Shown: piece after piece, positions 1-9,232 of the stretch
Layout: every line of letters begins with the position of its first letter
Position numbering within the stretch: position 1 is the first letter of the stretch
NCBI GenBank assembly: GCA_015231405.1
Contig: JADGBR010000002.1
Span: 133,547-197,546, forward strand
Reading direction: 5' to 3'
Length of the DNA: 64,000 bases
Source of the DNA: Candidatus Omnitrophota bacterium
Lineage (GTDB): Bacteria; Omnitrophota; Gorgyraeia; Tantalellales; Tantalellaceae
Notes under the pieces: generated by a model
What the model was told of the DNA's origin: nothing
Database searches by the model: none
Seen by the model: the letters and a program-made list of their open reading frames with translations, nothing else
Program-made: the position numbers and the translations under genes

Positions 1-203
1 CATTGGCAGGGTAAAGAGATCACTATTTCTTCAAGCCGCAAACAAGCGGTCCAGTGTGATGGCGAGTTGTTAGAAAATTCCCATCTTCACATAAAGGTCG
101 TTCCGGGGGCAATCAGGGTTTTAGTCCCCAAAAAAGAAAAAAAGGCCGTTGAATGAACATCTCCCGGGTATTTATGCTTTGGCCGCGGTTGCCACCGACG
201 TGG

Positions 204-280
204 GAGCATTAGTCGGTACCCGGATCAAGCCACAACTGATCGGTCCCTATTGATCTATGTAAAATGTCTGGTTTCCTGGT
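204..280. ncRNA. Conserved ~78-nt intergenic element, copy A (candidate small RNA or 3'-UTR element)
   Basis: About 75% identical to 4526..4603, sharing blocks AGCATTA, CCCGGATCA, CACAA, GTCCCTATTGA, TATGyAAAATGTCTGGTT, CCTGG; both copies lie 30-140 nt beyond the 3' end of a minus-strand gene in unusually long spacers. Confidence 0.3.
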
Positions 281-342
281 TTCGATCCCCGAATAGTCAT
301 AGGGAAAAATGAACTCGGATGCCCTTCCCGGCTAAAACACTG

Positions 343-1113
343 CTACTTCTCGGCGACAACGAGCATTTCAAAATCTTTGGTGGTCAGCTTGTCGTTTCTC
401 GAGTATGCCCCAAGTTTCGCGCCGAAGATGTCGATCTTTTTGAACCCGAGCGTCTTTACAAGCCACGTGATCTCGCTGGGCACATAATAACGCTCGTTGA
501 CTTTAAGCTCTCTTTTGTTACCCGAGTCGTCCTCAATTATGGTCGTGTTATGATCGCGAAAAGTCATCAGATCGAATGAACACCCCTTATACTCAGCGGC
601 CCCTTCTTTGGCTACAGACTCATAAAATTCTTTAACTGAGTGAAACAGCGTGAATAAGCCGTTTAGTGTCGTGAAAATTAATTTTCCACGGGCATTCAGT
701 GCTTTGGCGGCATTTTTAAGGATCTCGAAATTCATCTCGTCCGTTTCCATGAGGGGAAATCCGCCTTCACAAAGCATTATAGCTAGATCGAATTCGCCAT
801 CAAACGGAAGGGCCCTCGCGTCATGCTTCTCGAAATCGATCGTCACCCCTCTCTCGTTGGCTTTCTCCCGCGCCCTCGTAAGCTGTGACTCGGACAAGTC
901 AACGCCGGTCACCTTATACCCTCTTTTAGTAAGCTCAATAGCATGGCGGCCGGTACCGCAACCGATATCGATGATCTTAATGGATTTATCCCGCCCGGCC
1001 TCAGCCTCAATAAAATCGCATTCGCCCACAGTCCCCTGAACAAAGCATTCTTTGTCGTATTTGCGCGCGTAATTCTCAAATAATGATTCATACCATTGTT
1101 TCATGGCCATCAC
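343..1113 (-). CDS. Class I SAM-dependent methyltransferase
   Basis: Glycine-rich SAM-binding motif IDIGCGTGRHAIEL followed by an acidic D-L-S loop; length and motif order typical of small-molecule/rRNA MTases. Confidence 0.75.
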   Translation of the reverse strand: MMAMKQWYESLFENYARKYDKECFVQGTVGECDFIEAEAGRDKSIKIIDIGCGTGRHAIELTKRGYKVTGVDLSESQLTRAREKANERGVTIDFEKHDARALPFDGEFDLAIMLCEGGFPLMETDEMNFEILKNAAKALNARGKLIFTTLNGLFTLFHSVKEFYESVAKEGAAEYKGCSFDLMTFRDHNTTIIEDDSGNKRELKVNERYYVPSEITWLVKTLGFKKIDIFGAKLGAYSRNDKLTTKDFEMLVVAEK

Positions 1114-1124
1114 ACCCTCCCTGT

Positions 1125-1310
1125 TTATTGAAAATATTCATCCCTTTCCCAATTCGCGGGGTTATTCAGAATGTATTCCCGAATACGGTTACAGCCGAAT
1201 TTGTCACGAATGACGTGTTCATAGAAATTTCGTTGCCGGAGTCGAATGCCGCGTGCATTCCGGATCGTGTTTAATTGGTTTATCGAAACGGTTTTAAATG
1301 CTCCAAGCAA
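1125..1310 (-). pseudogene. C-terminal fragment (61 aa) of an IS200/IS605-like Y1 (RAYT-type) transposase; N-terminal catalytic part absent
   Basis: Translation ...GAFKTVSINQLNTIRNARGIRLRQRNFYEHVIRDKF...IREYILNNPANWERD matches the conserved C-terminal tail (WQRNyYEHIIRxE...YIxNNPxxW) of IS200-like/REP-associated tyrosine transposases. An in-frame stop lies immediately upstream and the HK gene starts 45 nt away, so a full-length protein cannot be encoded. Confidence 0.5.
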
Positions 1311-1355
1311 TTGTCACGATCGGATTGATTTTCTGTTCCATGGCATAGGATCCTT

Positions 1356-4316
1356 TTAGGCATCTTTCTGTCTCAGTATGGGTAAACCTATTGTTACTTT
1401 TGTACCTTTTCCCTTATCGCTTTCAACGGTTATCGTCCCGCCATGTAGCTTGATCACTAGATTGCATACCGCCAGCCCAAGGCCGGTGCCTTTTGTTTTA
1501 GTGGTGAAGAATGGTTCGAAAACCTTCTTTAAATGTTCGTTCTCTATCCCTTCCCCATTGTCTTTTATCGAAACAGACACACCCGAATCGTTAACCCGAG
1601 ATTCGATATCTATTATCCCGGAGTTTTTATTCAGCGCTTCGAAAGCGTTACTCAAGATATTGCTGAATACCTCTTTCAGTTGAAGGGGGTCCGCATCAAT
1701 AGTGAGCTCTTTTGTGAGATCTATTTTCGCGTTAACATTTATATTTTGCCCCGAAAACCTTCCCATCCCCTCATCAATACATTCCTTAAGGATGCTGTTT
1801 ATCTTAACAATTTGGAAGCGCCCTATTTTTACTTTTGAATATGATAGAACATTTTTTATTATCTGATCCGCTTCTGAAATTCTCTTATCGATAGTACTTA
1901 AGTCCCCTTCGATCCGGGGATCTTTGATCATCTTTTTAATGTGGTATGTTGACAATCCTATGTCAGCTAAGGGGTTGCGCAACTCGTGCGCGACGGTAGC
2001 AGCCAGAGTTCCTATATCGGAAAGCCTCTTCGCCCTATCAATTTCATTTTGCGCGTCTATTAATCCCTGCGCTTTCTCATCCACGAGTTTTTCCAGCGAT
2101 TCTTTATCTCTCTTTAAAATCTCCTCGGCCTTCTTCAGCGAGGTAATATCCTGCGTGGTCCCGAAACCGGAAAGCAGAACGCCTTTCTTGTCAAACTCCA
2201 GATACGCTTTTTCCCGCACCCATTTAACCTTGCCGTCCACAATGATCCTGTGTTCAATATCATATTTCTCCCCCGCCATGGCAGCCTTCCATTTCTTATC
2301 AAGGTGATTGCGGTCCTCGGGATGGACAATGGAAAGGAAGATTTCATATGTCAAAGACGTCCCCTTCGGAACACCAAAAATACGATAGTTTTCCTCGGAC
2401 CAAACAAGCTCATTCCCCTGAATATTCAGCCGCCAGTTCCCTATATTTCCCACGGTTTGGGCGCGTTTTAAGTCTTCCTGGCTCTCTCGCAGTGAATTTG
2501 TCAAAATATCACGTTCCGTTAAAAGCCGGGCCAGCTTAATATTGCTGTAACTAAGCTGTGAAAGCATATGGGAAACCCTTAAGAAAAAAGACATGACCTG
2601 TTCCATGTATTCTCTACTTATCCGCGGAACAGCCCCAAGGGCCGTCATGTATTCTTTTTCATTAAAACCGTAAAGCCTCGCCTGTGCTTTAAAAAATTCA
2701 TAATCCAGATCCTCTTCGTTAAAGAAGAATTGCCCCATAAAGAGATTGCCGAATTTTTTGCCGCCTATTATTATAGGTGTCGCGACATCCCACAGGCCAT
2801 TCTTACATTTATAGAGCTCAAACTTACCTTCGCCGGCATTCGAAGAAAGCTGCGTATCGCTTTCTATGCAGTGTTCGCAGGTTTTCGGATGGGCCCGATG
2901 AAATTTAGTGCAAATTTCCTGCCATCCCACGCCAACCAAAACCTTACCTTCAAGGTCGATCATAGCCATGGGGACGTGATAAAATCTATTAAAATCATCC
3001 AAAAGCATCTGGATCGCCGTGACATCAACGATATCGCCAAGCTGCAGATGGTCTATCGATCCTTCCGGTGAAAGGATTTTTTTTAATTTTGCCCTGACGC
3101 GTTGCTCACTCTCTCGCAGCGCTTCTTCGAGCTGTTTTCGCGCGTTGATCTGTTTGTCCAATTCATCGCGCGAGGCGGTGGTCTTCTGTAGATCAGTGGT
3201 CATCTTATCAAAAGCCCTTGAAAGCTGCCCTATCTCATCGTCCTCGCCGTTGGCGATCTTATAGTCTAAATTTCCGCCTCCGACAATCTGTGTGCCTTTA
3301 ATGAGTTTGTTTATGGGACGAGCAATAGATTTTGAAGAAAGAAATGCCGTTACATAGACCAGGACAAGAACAACAAACAGGATCAGTAGGACTAATTTGC
3401 GCATGTTTTCTGCGTCAGAAAATGCTTCCCATGCATCTATTTTAGTTACAATTCCCAAATCTAAAGAGGGTATATATCGCCAGGCCGCAATGACTTTTTG
3501 CCTCCTATAATCAATCGACAGGCCGACTCCGGTCCTGCCTTGCACAGCTTCCTGAATAGGAATGCCTGTTTCTTGGCCTATAGTTATTCTATTATTACGG
3601 GATAAACCAGGATCATGCCTCTGAGGATTTAAATACAGCACCTCATTGCCGATTTTCTTACCCAACAAAATTTCTCCGGTTTTACCCAACCCAGGCACGT
3701 CCCGGGCAAGGTCATAAAACCGGTCCATGTCCATCTCAAAAGCTATCACTCCTATGAAAATGTCATTAAGGTCAACCGCCGGGGCGCTAACGAGGATCGA
3801 GAACTTATTTTTATGGGTTTTGTTAAAAAATATATCCGTGATATATATCCCGTTTTTGCCTTCCACAAAACTCTTTTGCCCGGGATCGGGAAGTGCATTC
3901 AAAAACACACTTGAGTCGTCCACACCGCGTGAATAAACGATCCTGCCCTCAGGATTAACCAGTATGATATCAGCCAAACCTAAAGCTGCCTGCATCACGG
4001 ATAATTGACTATCAAGTATCTTCCAAGCGGCACGGAATTCCGGGTCATCTCTCTTGTCGGCAAGGCGGTTTAAAATCGGGAGATTGCGTTTAATATTGTA
4101 AAATCCCTGAGCTATCAGTATATTTGCCTTAAGCGAAGCACAATATGTTTCTATCTTGTCCGCCTTAAAAAAGGCGATATCGCGCAATGCAGAAATATGC
4201 CCGTCCTTCAGGGAATTTTCATATTTCCTGAAGGTTAAGGTGCTGATGAGGGCCAAGGGGATCAAAGCGAATGCCATAAATATAACGGTAAGCTTTAATT
4301 TTATAGACATGTTCAT
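1356..4316 (-). CDS. Multi-sensor histidine kinase (signal peptide/TM, Cache-like periplasmic domain, HAMP, two PAS-like modules, HisKA, HATPase_c)
   Basis: N-terminal TM then ~270-aa extracytoplasmic region then second TM; HAMP-like segment; coiled coil; H-box ATVAHELRNPLADI; N/G1/G2 boxes (NAFEAL, DNGEGI, GTGLGLAV) at the C-terminus. Confidence 0.85.
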   Translation of the reverse strand: MNMSIKLKLTVIFMAFALIPLALISTLTFRKYENSLKDGHISALRDIAFFKADKIETYCASLKANILIAQGFYNIKRNLPILNRLADKRDDPEFRAAWKILDSQLSVMQAALGLADIILVNPEGRIVYSRGVDDSSVFLNALPDPGQKSFVEGKNGIYITDIFFNKTHKNKFSILVSAPAVDLNDIFIGVIAFEMDMDRFYDLARDVPGLGKTGEILLGKKIGNEVLYLNPQRHDPGLSRNNRITIGQETGIPIQEAVQGRTGVGLSIDYRRQKVIAAWRYIPSLDLGIVTKIDAWEAFSDAENMRKLVLLILFVVLVLVYVTAFLSSKSIARPINKLIKGTQIVGGGNLDYKIANGEDDEIGQLSRAFDKMTTDLQKTTASRDELDKQINARKQLEEALRESEQRVRAKLKKILSPEGSIDHLQLGDIVDVTAIQMLLDDFNRFYHVPMAMIDLEGKVLVGVGWQEICTKFHRAHPKTCEHCIESDTQLSSNAGEGKFELYKCKNGLWDVATPIIIGGKKFGNLFMGQFFFNEEDLDYEFFKAQARLYGFNEKEYMTALGAVPRISREYMEQVMSFFLRVSHMLSQLSYSNIKLARLLTERDILTNSLRESQEDLKRAQTVGNIGNWRLNIQGNELVWSEENYRIFGVPKGTSLTYEIFLSIVHPEDRNHLDKKWKAAMAGEKYDIEHRIIVDGKVKWVREKAYLEFDKKGVLLSGFGTTQDITSLKKAEEILKRDKESLEKLVDEKAQGLIDAQNEIDRAKRLSDIGTLAATVAHELRNPLADIGLSTYHIKKMIKDPRIEGDLSTIDKRISEADQIIKNVLSYSKVKIGRFQIVKINSILKECIDEGMGRFSGQNINVNAKIDLTKELTIDADPLQLKEVFSNILSNAFEALNKNSGIIDIESRVNDSGVSVSIKDNGEGIENEHLKKVFEPFFTTKTKGTGLGLAVCNLVIKLHGGTITVESDKGKGTKVTIGLPILRQKDA

Positions 4317-4525
4317 TCAGTTCCTATCCGTACAGCTTTTATCATCAAACGAAAATAATATCTGTCATGACGGAATTATTATACCCCGCCTATTCCTACC
4401 TAGCTAATCTAAATGTGTTAATGCCTTCGCTTCCTTCTCCAAAGTCCGTCTTTTAGATGTCCATCTGTAAATTCCGACATGGTATGTAACACTTTTATCG
4501 CTAATAAGTTCCTACTTAATCCGGG

Positions 4526-4603
4526 TAGCATTACCCGGCACCCGGATCATGTTCACAATTTATTTGTCCCTATTGAGTTATGCAAAATGTCTGGTTCCTT
4601 GGG
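4526..4603. ncRNA. Conserved ~78-nt intergenic element, copy B
   Basis: See copy A. Here it is preceded by a CCGGGTA-GCAT-TACCCGG hairpin and lies in the 320-nt spacer upstream of the multi-sensor kinase. Confidence 0.3.
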
Positions 4604-4638
4604 TGACATACTTTCCAGCCGAAGGCGCATAGGTTATT

Positions 4639-5253
4639 TCATCGTTTTGGCTTAACGAAGAGATCCATGACACCATGTCTTAACAGCCTGAAAATGCGAT
4701 ACATCTTTGGTTCCTTCCAGATCACTTCGAACCGGAAACCGCCGCCTCTTAATGTCTCTCCCGTATTGATATCAACCTCGAACTCTTTCCAGTCGCTGTC
4801 GATAGCATCGTAAGCCTCTCCTGTTATTGAATTTCCATCGACCCGTACACTTCTAAGGCCGTCCCACGCCAATCTTTCAGTTCTCCACTTAATGCCCCCG
4901 CTATCCATAGCCGCAAGCGCTACAAAACTATCCGACAGTATATAAAGATCTTTTATCGGGGTGGCTATGATCTGGTCATAATTCCCGTGCAGTATCCTAA
5001 TTGGAATTATTTTATCCGGATCCATCTGATATATCGCTCCACCGGCGAACACAAATATTGTTTTATCTGAAAGCTCTACCACATCGTTAAGCTGAGTGGC
5101 GCCGCGTTTGAAATTTGCAACCCAGTCAGTACCGTCTTGTTTGAAGAATTTAACCACAAAACCCTGCGAAAACAATTGGGTGTTATCTTTGGACACTGAA
5201 ATCCACATAGGCCCATTTGCAGGCAAAACATCCAAGACTTCATATCTTTTCAT
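4639..5253 (-). CDS. Hypothetical protein (204 aa), no recognisable motif
   Basis: Long ORF co-oriented and tightly spaced with neighbours; coding-like composition; no motif I recognise. Confidence 0.45.
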   Translation of the reverse strand: MKRYEVLDVLPANGPMWISVSKDNTQLFSQGFVVKFFKQDGTDWVANFKRGATQLNDVVELSDKTIFVFAGGAIYQMDPDKIIPIRILHGNYDQIIATPIKDLYILSDSFVALAAMDSGGIKWRTERLAWDGLRSVRVDGNSITGEAYDAIDSDWKEFEVDINTGETLRGGGFRFEVIWKEPKMYRIFRLLRHGVMDLFVKPKR

Positions 5254-5314
5254 TCGAACCGTTACTCCACTTCATACTATTTACAGTATCCGAACAAGCT
5301 GCCGCTATTCTAGT

Positions 5315-5947
5315 TCAAAAAAAAGGTTCAAGAATGTGCCCCTTGCCGCCCCAGAAAATACACCACTTTGCAGCAGCCATAACAACATCGAGTTTAGATC
5401 CCATTCCTTCTGTATCTTCCGTATTTAATTCGGATAGATCAATTTTGTTCTCGAGAGCATATCTTTGGGCCATATCCTTTAGGCGCTTACCATACGCCAT
5501 CATTTCACGAGAAGTCTTTATTTTAAAGGCTCCTTTTAGCATTTCTTTCCCGATGATCTCTTCACAATCTTTCAACAATTCAGCACGAAAAGAAAATGGT
5601 TCAACATACCCAGCGAAAGAATTAGAATATTTCGGCAGTCCATCGCACGGAGGAACAAGGTCAACAACATAATATCCCCGCATTGTTTCAAGATACTCTT
5701 TTTCTGTACCTTTAATTTCACCGTTATGCTCCCTATATCGCTCGCGCGCCCATTGAGTTGCCCGTTCATCGAACCCCACTTGCGGAGCTTTCAATGTTTC
5801 GAACGCTGGAATGGATATCTCCTGAAATCTTTTTATCAGGCCTTTACGCCTCCAGCACCAATTCTTGGCAAGTTTGCTTACAATTATATCGTGCTCTTCT
5901 TCGCACCCCGGAATGGGCCTATTACCCGGATTCCAATCCAACCCCAT
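5315..5947 (-). CDS. Hypothetical protein (210 aa), Cys-containing, no recognisable motif
   Basis: ORF ends 4 nt after the upstream small membrane gene; no signal peptide; no known motif recognised. Confidence 0.45.
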   Translation of the reverse strand: MGLDWNPGNRPIPGCEEEHDIIVSKLAKNWCWRRKGLIKRFQEISIPAFETLKAPQVGFDERATQWARERYREHNGEIKGTEKEYLETMRGYYVVDLVPPCDGLPKYSNSFAGYVEPFSFRAELLKDCEEIIGKEMLKGAFKIKTSREMMAYGKRLKDMAQRYALENKIDLSELNTEDTEGMGSKLDVVMAAAKWCIFWGGKGHILEPFF

Positions 5948-5950
5948 AAC

Positions 5951-6202
5951 CTACCTCCTATCTTCCCCATCATCCCCGCGACTGAGACCAAAGAGCCATA
6001 CTCCCAGAATACCGAGGAGTACCGAATAAACGATAAATCGTATCGACTGCGCAAGCGTCGGCGGCGTGCCGAAAGGGTCAGCATCATCGGCCATTTTACT
6101 GCCAACGGGATCCAATATCTCCAAAAGACCGCCAATGATCCCTATTACGGCAATGATTATGGAAACTATCCCGGCAATCTTACGAATGTACTTGATCATC
6201 AT
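5951..6202 (-). CDS. Small two-TM membrane protein (83 aa)
   Basis: Two hydrophobic helices (IAGIVSIIIAVIGIIGGLL and IVYSVLLGILGVWLFGL); compact spacing inside the co-directional array. Confidence 0.4.
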   Translation of the reverse strand: MMIKYIRKIAGIVSIIIAVIGIIGGLLEILDPVGSKMADDADPFGTPPTLAQSIRFIVYSVLLGILGVWLFGLSRGDDGEDRR

Positions 6203-6262
6203 CTGATATCCGCGCCGGTCTCCCTAAAGTCGTTGGAACTATCTTGATCACCCAGTACATGT

Positions 6263-6919
6263 TTAGTTCTGTGTCTTGCCCGCTAAGATAAAAGCCTGGC
6301 TTCCAAAGATCCGCCATAACAACGGGACCCTGATATAAAGCCTTAATAGGAACAGGGACTTCGGCAGCATGCTTTTTGTCGTGTATGGCAGAAACCTTGG
6401 AATGCATTCGATGACCTTAAAACCGTTGATCTCAAGCGCCTCCCGCATGCTCCGGTCATCGAGCGGCGAGACATGGTCGAAGAACATCCAGTAATCCTTA
6501 TAGCAAAACCTTATGTTCGGCTGTAAGATCATGACTTTACCGTCGTCCTTCAGGACCCGGTGTATCTCACTCATCGTCTTAACTATATCTTCTTTTGTGA
6601 GATGCTCAAAAAAATTCCCGGCGAATACTATGTCTATGCTCGAGTCATCGACCGCTTTCATGTCCGTCGAAGATGAGAGGACAGCTTTAACCCCAGGCGC
6701 GGCGTATCTTCTAACGTCGGGGTTGATATCGACCGCGATCTTCCCCCTGGCGTTTATATTATTTATGAATTCGCAATAACCCGCCGCCAGGTCAAGGATG
6801 ATGCCGTCCCTTGGGACATATTTTTGAAAATGGTCCCGGCAAAGGACCTTATACATCCTGTCCCTGAACTCCAGATCTCCCCCGAACCTTCTTTTATACA
6901 TTATTTCCGTATTTTCCAT
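6263..6919 (-). CDS. Class I SAM-dependent methyltransferase (type often found in polysaccharide/glycan clusters)
   Basis: Motif I ILDLAAGYCEF, acidic motif II VDINPD, motif IVFAGNFFEHL resembling Methyltransf_11/23 proteins. Confidence 0.7.
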   Translation of the reverse strand: MENTEIMYKRRFGGDLEFRDRMYKVLCRDHFQKYVPRDGIILDLAAGYCEFINNINARGKIAVDINPDVRRYAAPGVKAVLSSSTDMKAVDDSSIDIVFAGNFFEHLTKEDIVKTMSEIHRVLKDDGKVMILQPNIRFCYKDYWMFFDHVSPLDDRSMREALEINGFKVIECIPRFLPYTTKSMLPKSLFLLRLYIRVPLLWRIFGSQAFILAGKTQN

Positions 6920-6950
6920 ATTCTACCCTGCCCCTTGACGCCTGCCCCGA

Positions 6951-7691
6951 TCACAGGCTGGCCCTTTCATTTATGTCATCCATCACTAGAACTCTCTGGA
7001 GCCAGAGATATAGCGCCGTGTAAAGATATCTCCGCCCCATATCGGCTATCTTCAGTTTCGTCACGCCGCTCTCCCTGCCGTGCCATTTCACCGGGACGAC
7101 CGCTATCTTATAACCCCTGATAAGGGCCTTGAGCGGCATTTCAATCGTCACGTTGAAATACAACGATTCTATGGGTTTGATCGCATCTATCACCTCCCTC
7201 CGGTACGCTTTGAACGCGTTGGTGAGGTCGTTGTGGCTCGTCCAGAAAATGCATCTCAAAAACAGGTTCGCGGCCCTGTTGAGCAGCAACTTAACGGCGG
7301 GATAATCCATGACCGCGCTCCCCTTCATAAAACGGGACCCGAAAACGCAATCATACCCCTCCTCGATCTTTCTGAAATAACGCGTTATATCCGCCGGATC
7401 GTCCGAGGCGTCGCCCATAGCAACTACGACGGCGTCCCCTGTCGCTTTCTCGAGACCATCCCTTATTGCCCTGCCGAACCCTCTGGGAGGAACACGTTTA
7501 ACGAGCCTGATCCGTTCATCCAGAGCGGCTATCGCCGAAACTATATCATGAGTCCCGTCATCGCTGTTATCGTCCACGACGACTATCTCGGCGTCGATCT
7601 TTTCTCCGGAAAGTTCTCCGGCTATATCCGAAATGACGCGCTCTATGAGGCTGGCCTCGTTATGAGCTGGAATAATTACGGATAGCTTCAT
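6951..7691 (-). CDS. Family 2 glycosyltransferase, polyprenol-phosphate sugar synthase (DPM1/GtrB-like)
   Basis: LSVIIPAHNE ... VVVDDNSDDGT ... DAVVVAMGDASDDP (DxD/D-A-D motifs of GT2 Dpm1-like enzymes). I place the start at internal Met (MKLSVII) so that ATG overlaps the upstream stop in an ATGA junction; the track ORF 6951..7745 would overlap the upstream gene by 58 nt. Confidence 0.8.
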   Translation of the reverse strand: MKLSVIIPAHNEASLIERVISDIAGELSGEKIDAEIVVVDDNSDDGTHDIVSAIAALDERIRLVKRVPPRGFGRAIRDGLEKATGDAVVVAMGDASDDPADITRYFRKIEEGYDCVFGSRFMKGSAVMDYPAVKLLLNRAANLFLRCIFWTSHNDLTNAFKAYRREVIDAIKPIESLYFNVTIEMPLKALIRGYKIAVVPVKWHGRESGVTKLKIADMGRRYLYTALYLWLQRVLVMDDINERASL

Positions 7692-9049
7692 GCCTGGGTT
7701 CCTCTCCTTTGTCGTAAAACCGAGCCAAGCGTGATGAAGAAACACGCGAACACGAAAATAAAAGCCATGACGCTATCGCATTTCTCCACGATGAAAGTCG
7801 CGTCGGTGAACAGCGACTTTTCAAACACTGCGGCCGTAGCTGAGGCGGCCGCCGGCAAAAACGCGGACAGGCCCGGCATGATGGAGAACACTGAAAGGAA
7901 CGAGTACGCTCCCAGAACGACATAAATATACATTAGGACCATCCCCACCCGACGATTTTCGGAGCCATAAAGCAATATAGCCGAAATTATGGCTATTTGT
8001 TCCCGGTCCATGCTACCCTGAACGAGCAGCGCCGCGGTGAATACTAAAAGAATATTGGCGGTGAATATCTCAGGGCCCAGTTTGCGAGTCAGTATACCAT
8101 AGACGCTGGCCGTAGCAAAAGCGGCGATAAACACGTTCTTGACAGCCCAGTAATGTAAAGGCGTAAGCCAATGGACGATCCTCCACATTGATCCGTATTT
8201 AGGGACCGCGGCATATACGTTCTGGGACATCCTGGACGCCATCATATCAAAAACATGAGGGGTATAGGGCAAATGCCATATGAGCGCGAATATGGCCGTC
8301 AAGGTTAGATATCCCAGAAGGCGCCGCGCGGCTTTCCCCGAGAGCAATATGTTCAGATCACCTGGCCTGCCGAACACGTTATACGCGCAAAGAGGAATGA
8401 TAAAAACCCCCAACCCCTTGAACGCTACCGAAAGCCCCAACAAACAGGCGCTGAGATAGAATTTTACGAAATATCCACCGGACTTAGAAGCAAGTATCGC
8501 CCCAATGATCAATAAAGTCTCTATACCTTTATCCTCCGGATAGATACAACCCCACAGGAACAATAAAGGGGACAGCGTAAAAAGCATTATAGGAAAGAAG
8601 TTCGTTCCGGATATTGTCCCGCCGCTTCCGTGATGCCACCATCTGAAGATATACCATGCTATTAAAGCCACCAGGATGCTGTCAAAAAAAGCGAAGGTCA
8701 TCCTGTACGCCCCTGGAACTGGTCCCATGATCCCGTCTATCAGACCGAAAAATATCAGGTTCAATGGCAGGTTGCCGCTCGCGTAAAAGTTCCATGTTCT
8801 CTGGCTTTTACAGGTATATTCATTGTACGCCAGAGCGTCATTCCTGAACCGGCCCCTCAGTTCCGGATTATCGCGCCAATCATAAGGATTAACATTATTC
8901 GAGACCAGCTGCCCGCTGTCGATATATATTCCGAGATCAATGAATCCGTTGCCGCCCGGGGTCTTTTGTATCAACACGCCCCGGGACAAAAAAGAGACCA
9001 GGAATATGGCCAGAAAAAACATCAACAGATCTTTTTTTATAAATACCAT
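7688..9049 (-). CDS. Polytopic GT-C-type membrane glycosyltransferase (ArnT/PMT/DUF2029-like)
   Basis: About 12 predicted TM helices across 453 aa, no soluble domain; immediately upstream of and translationally coupled to the DPM1-like GT2, the canonical pairing of a lipid-sugar donor synthase with a GT-C transferase. Confidence 0.55.
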   Translation of the reverse strand: MVFIKKDLLMFFLAIFLVSFLSRGVLIQKTPGGNGFIDLGIYIDSGQLVSNNVNPYDWRDNPELRGRFRNDALAYNEYTCKSQRTWNFYASGNLPLNLIFFGLIDGIMGPVPGAYRMTFAFFDSILVALIAWYIFRWWHHGSGGTISGTNFFPIMLFTLSPLLFLWGCIYPEDKGIETLLIIGAILASKSGGYFVKFYLSACLLGLSVAFKGLGVFIIPLCAYNVFGRPGDLNILLSGKAARRLLGYLTLTAIFALIWHLPYTPHVFDMMASRMSQNVYAAVPKYGSMWRIVHWLTPLHYWAVKNVFIAAFATASVYGILTRKLGPEIFTANILLVFTAALLVQGSMDREQIAIISAILLYGSENRRVGMVLMYIYVVLGAYSFLSVFSIMPGLSAFLPAAASATAAVFEKSLFTDATFIVEKCDSVMAFIFVFACFFITLGSVLRQRRGTQA

Positions 9050-9232
9050 GATTTTGGCCAGACCGAAGGGGAATCGGGTTTGTCCCCCTAATCTACCAGT
9101 ATATTATCCGTCATCGTTATCTCTTACGCAACGTATTATCGTTGGGATTTCCTTGGAATTTAGAGTTCGGAGTTCAGGATTTTATGGGTATCTCAATGCG
9201 GCGGTCAATACACACATCGCTAAAACTTTATT

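Noticed and set aside
260-300. tRNA-like T-arm sequence GGTTTCGATCCCC inside conserved element copy A
   Set aside because: No acceptor stem, D-arm or anticodon arm can be drawn on either strand. Copy B lacks the motif.
319-579. Plus-strand 86-aa ORF following conserved element copy A
   Set aside because: It is fully antisense to the methyltransferase gene and has no RBS or motif.
6180-6407. Overlapping minus-strand ORF at the 3' end of the 6263..6919 methyltransferase, as a possible frameshift
   Set aside because: The methyltransferase reading frame continues to a natural stop with plausible C-terminal sequence. The alternative frame has no motif, so nothing supports a frameshift.
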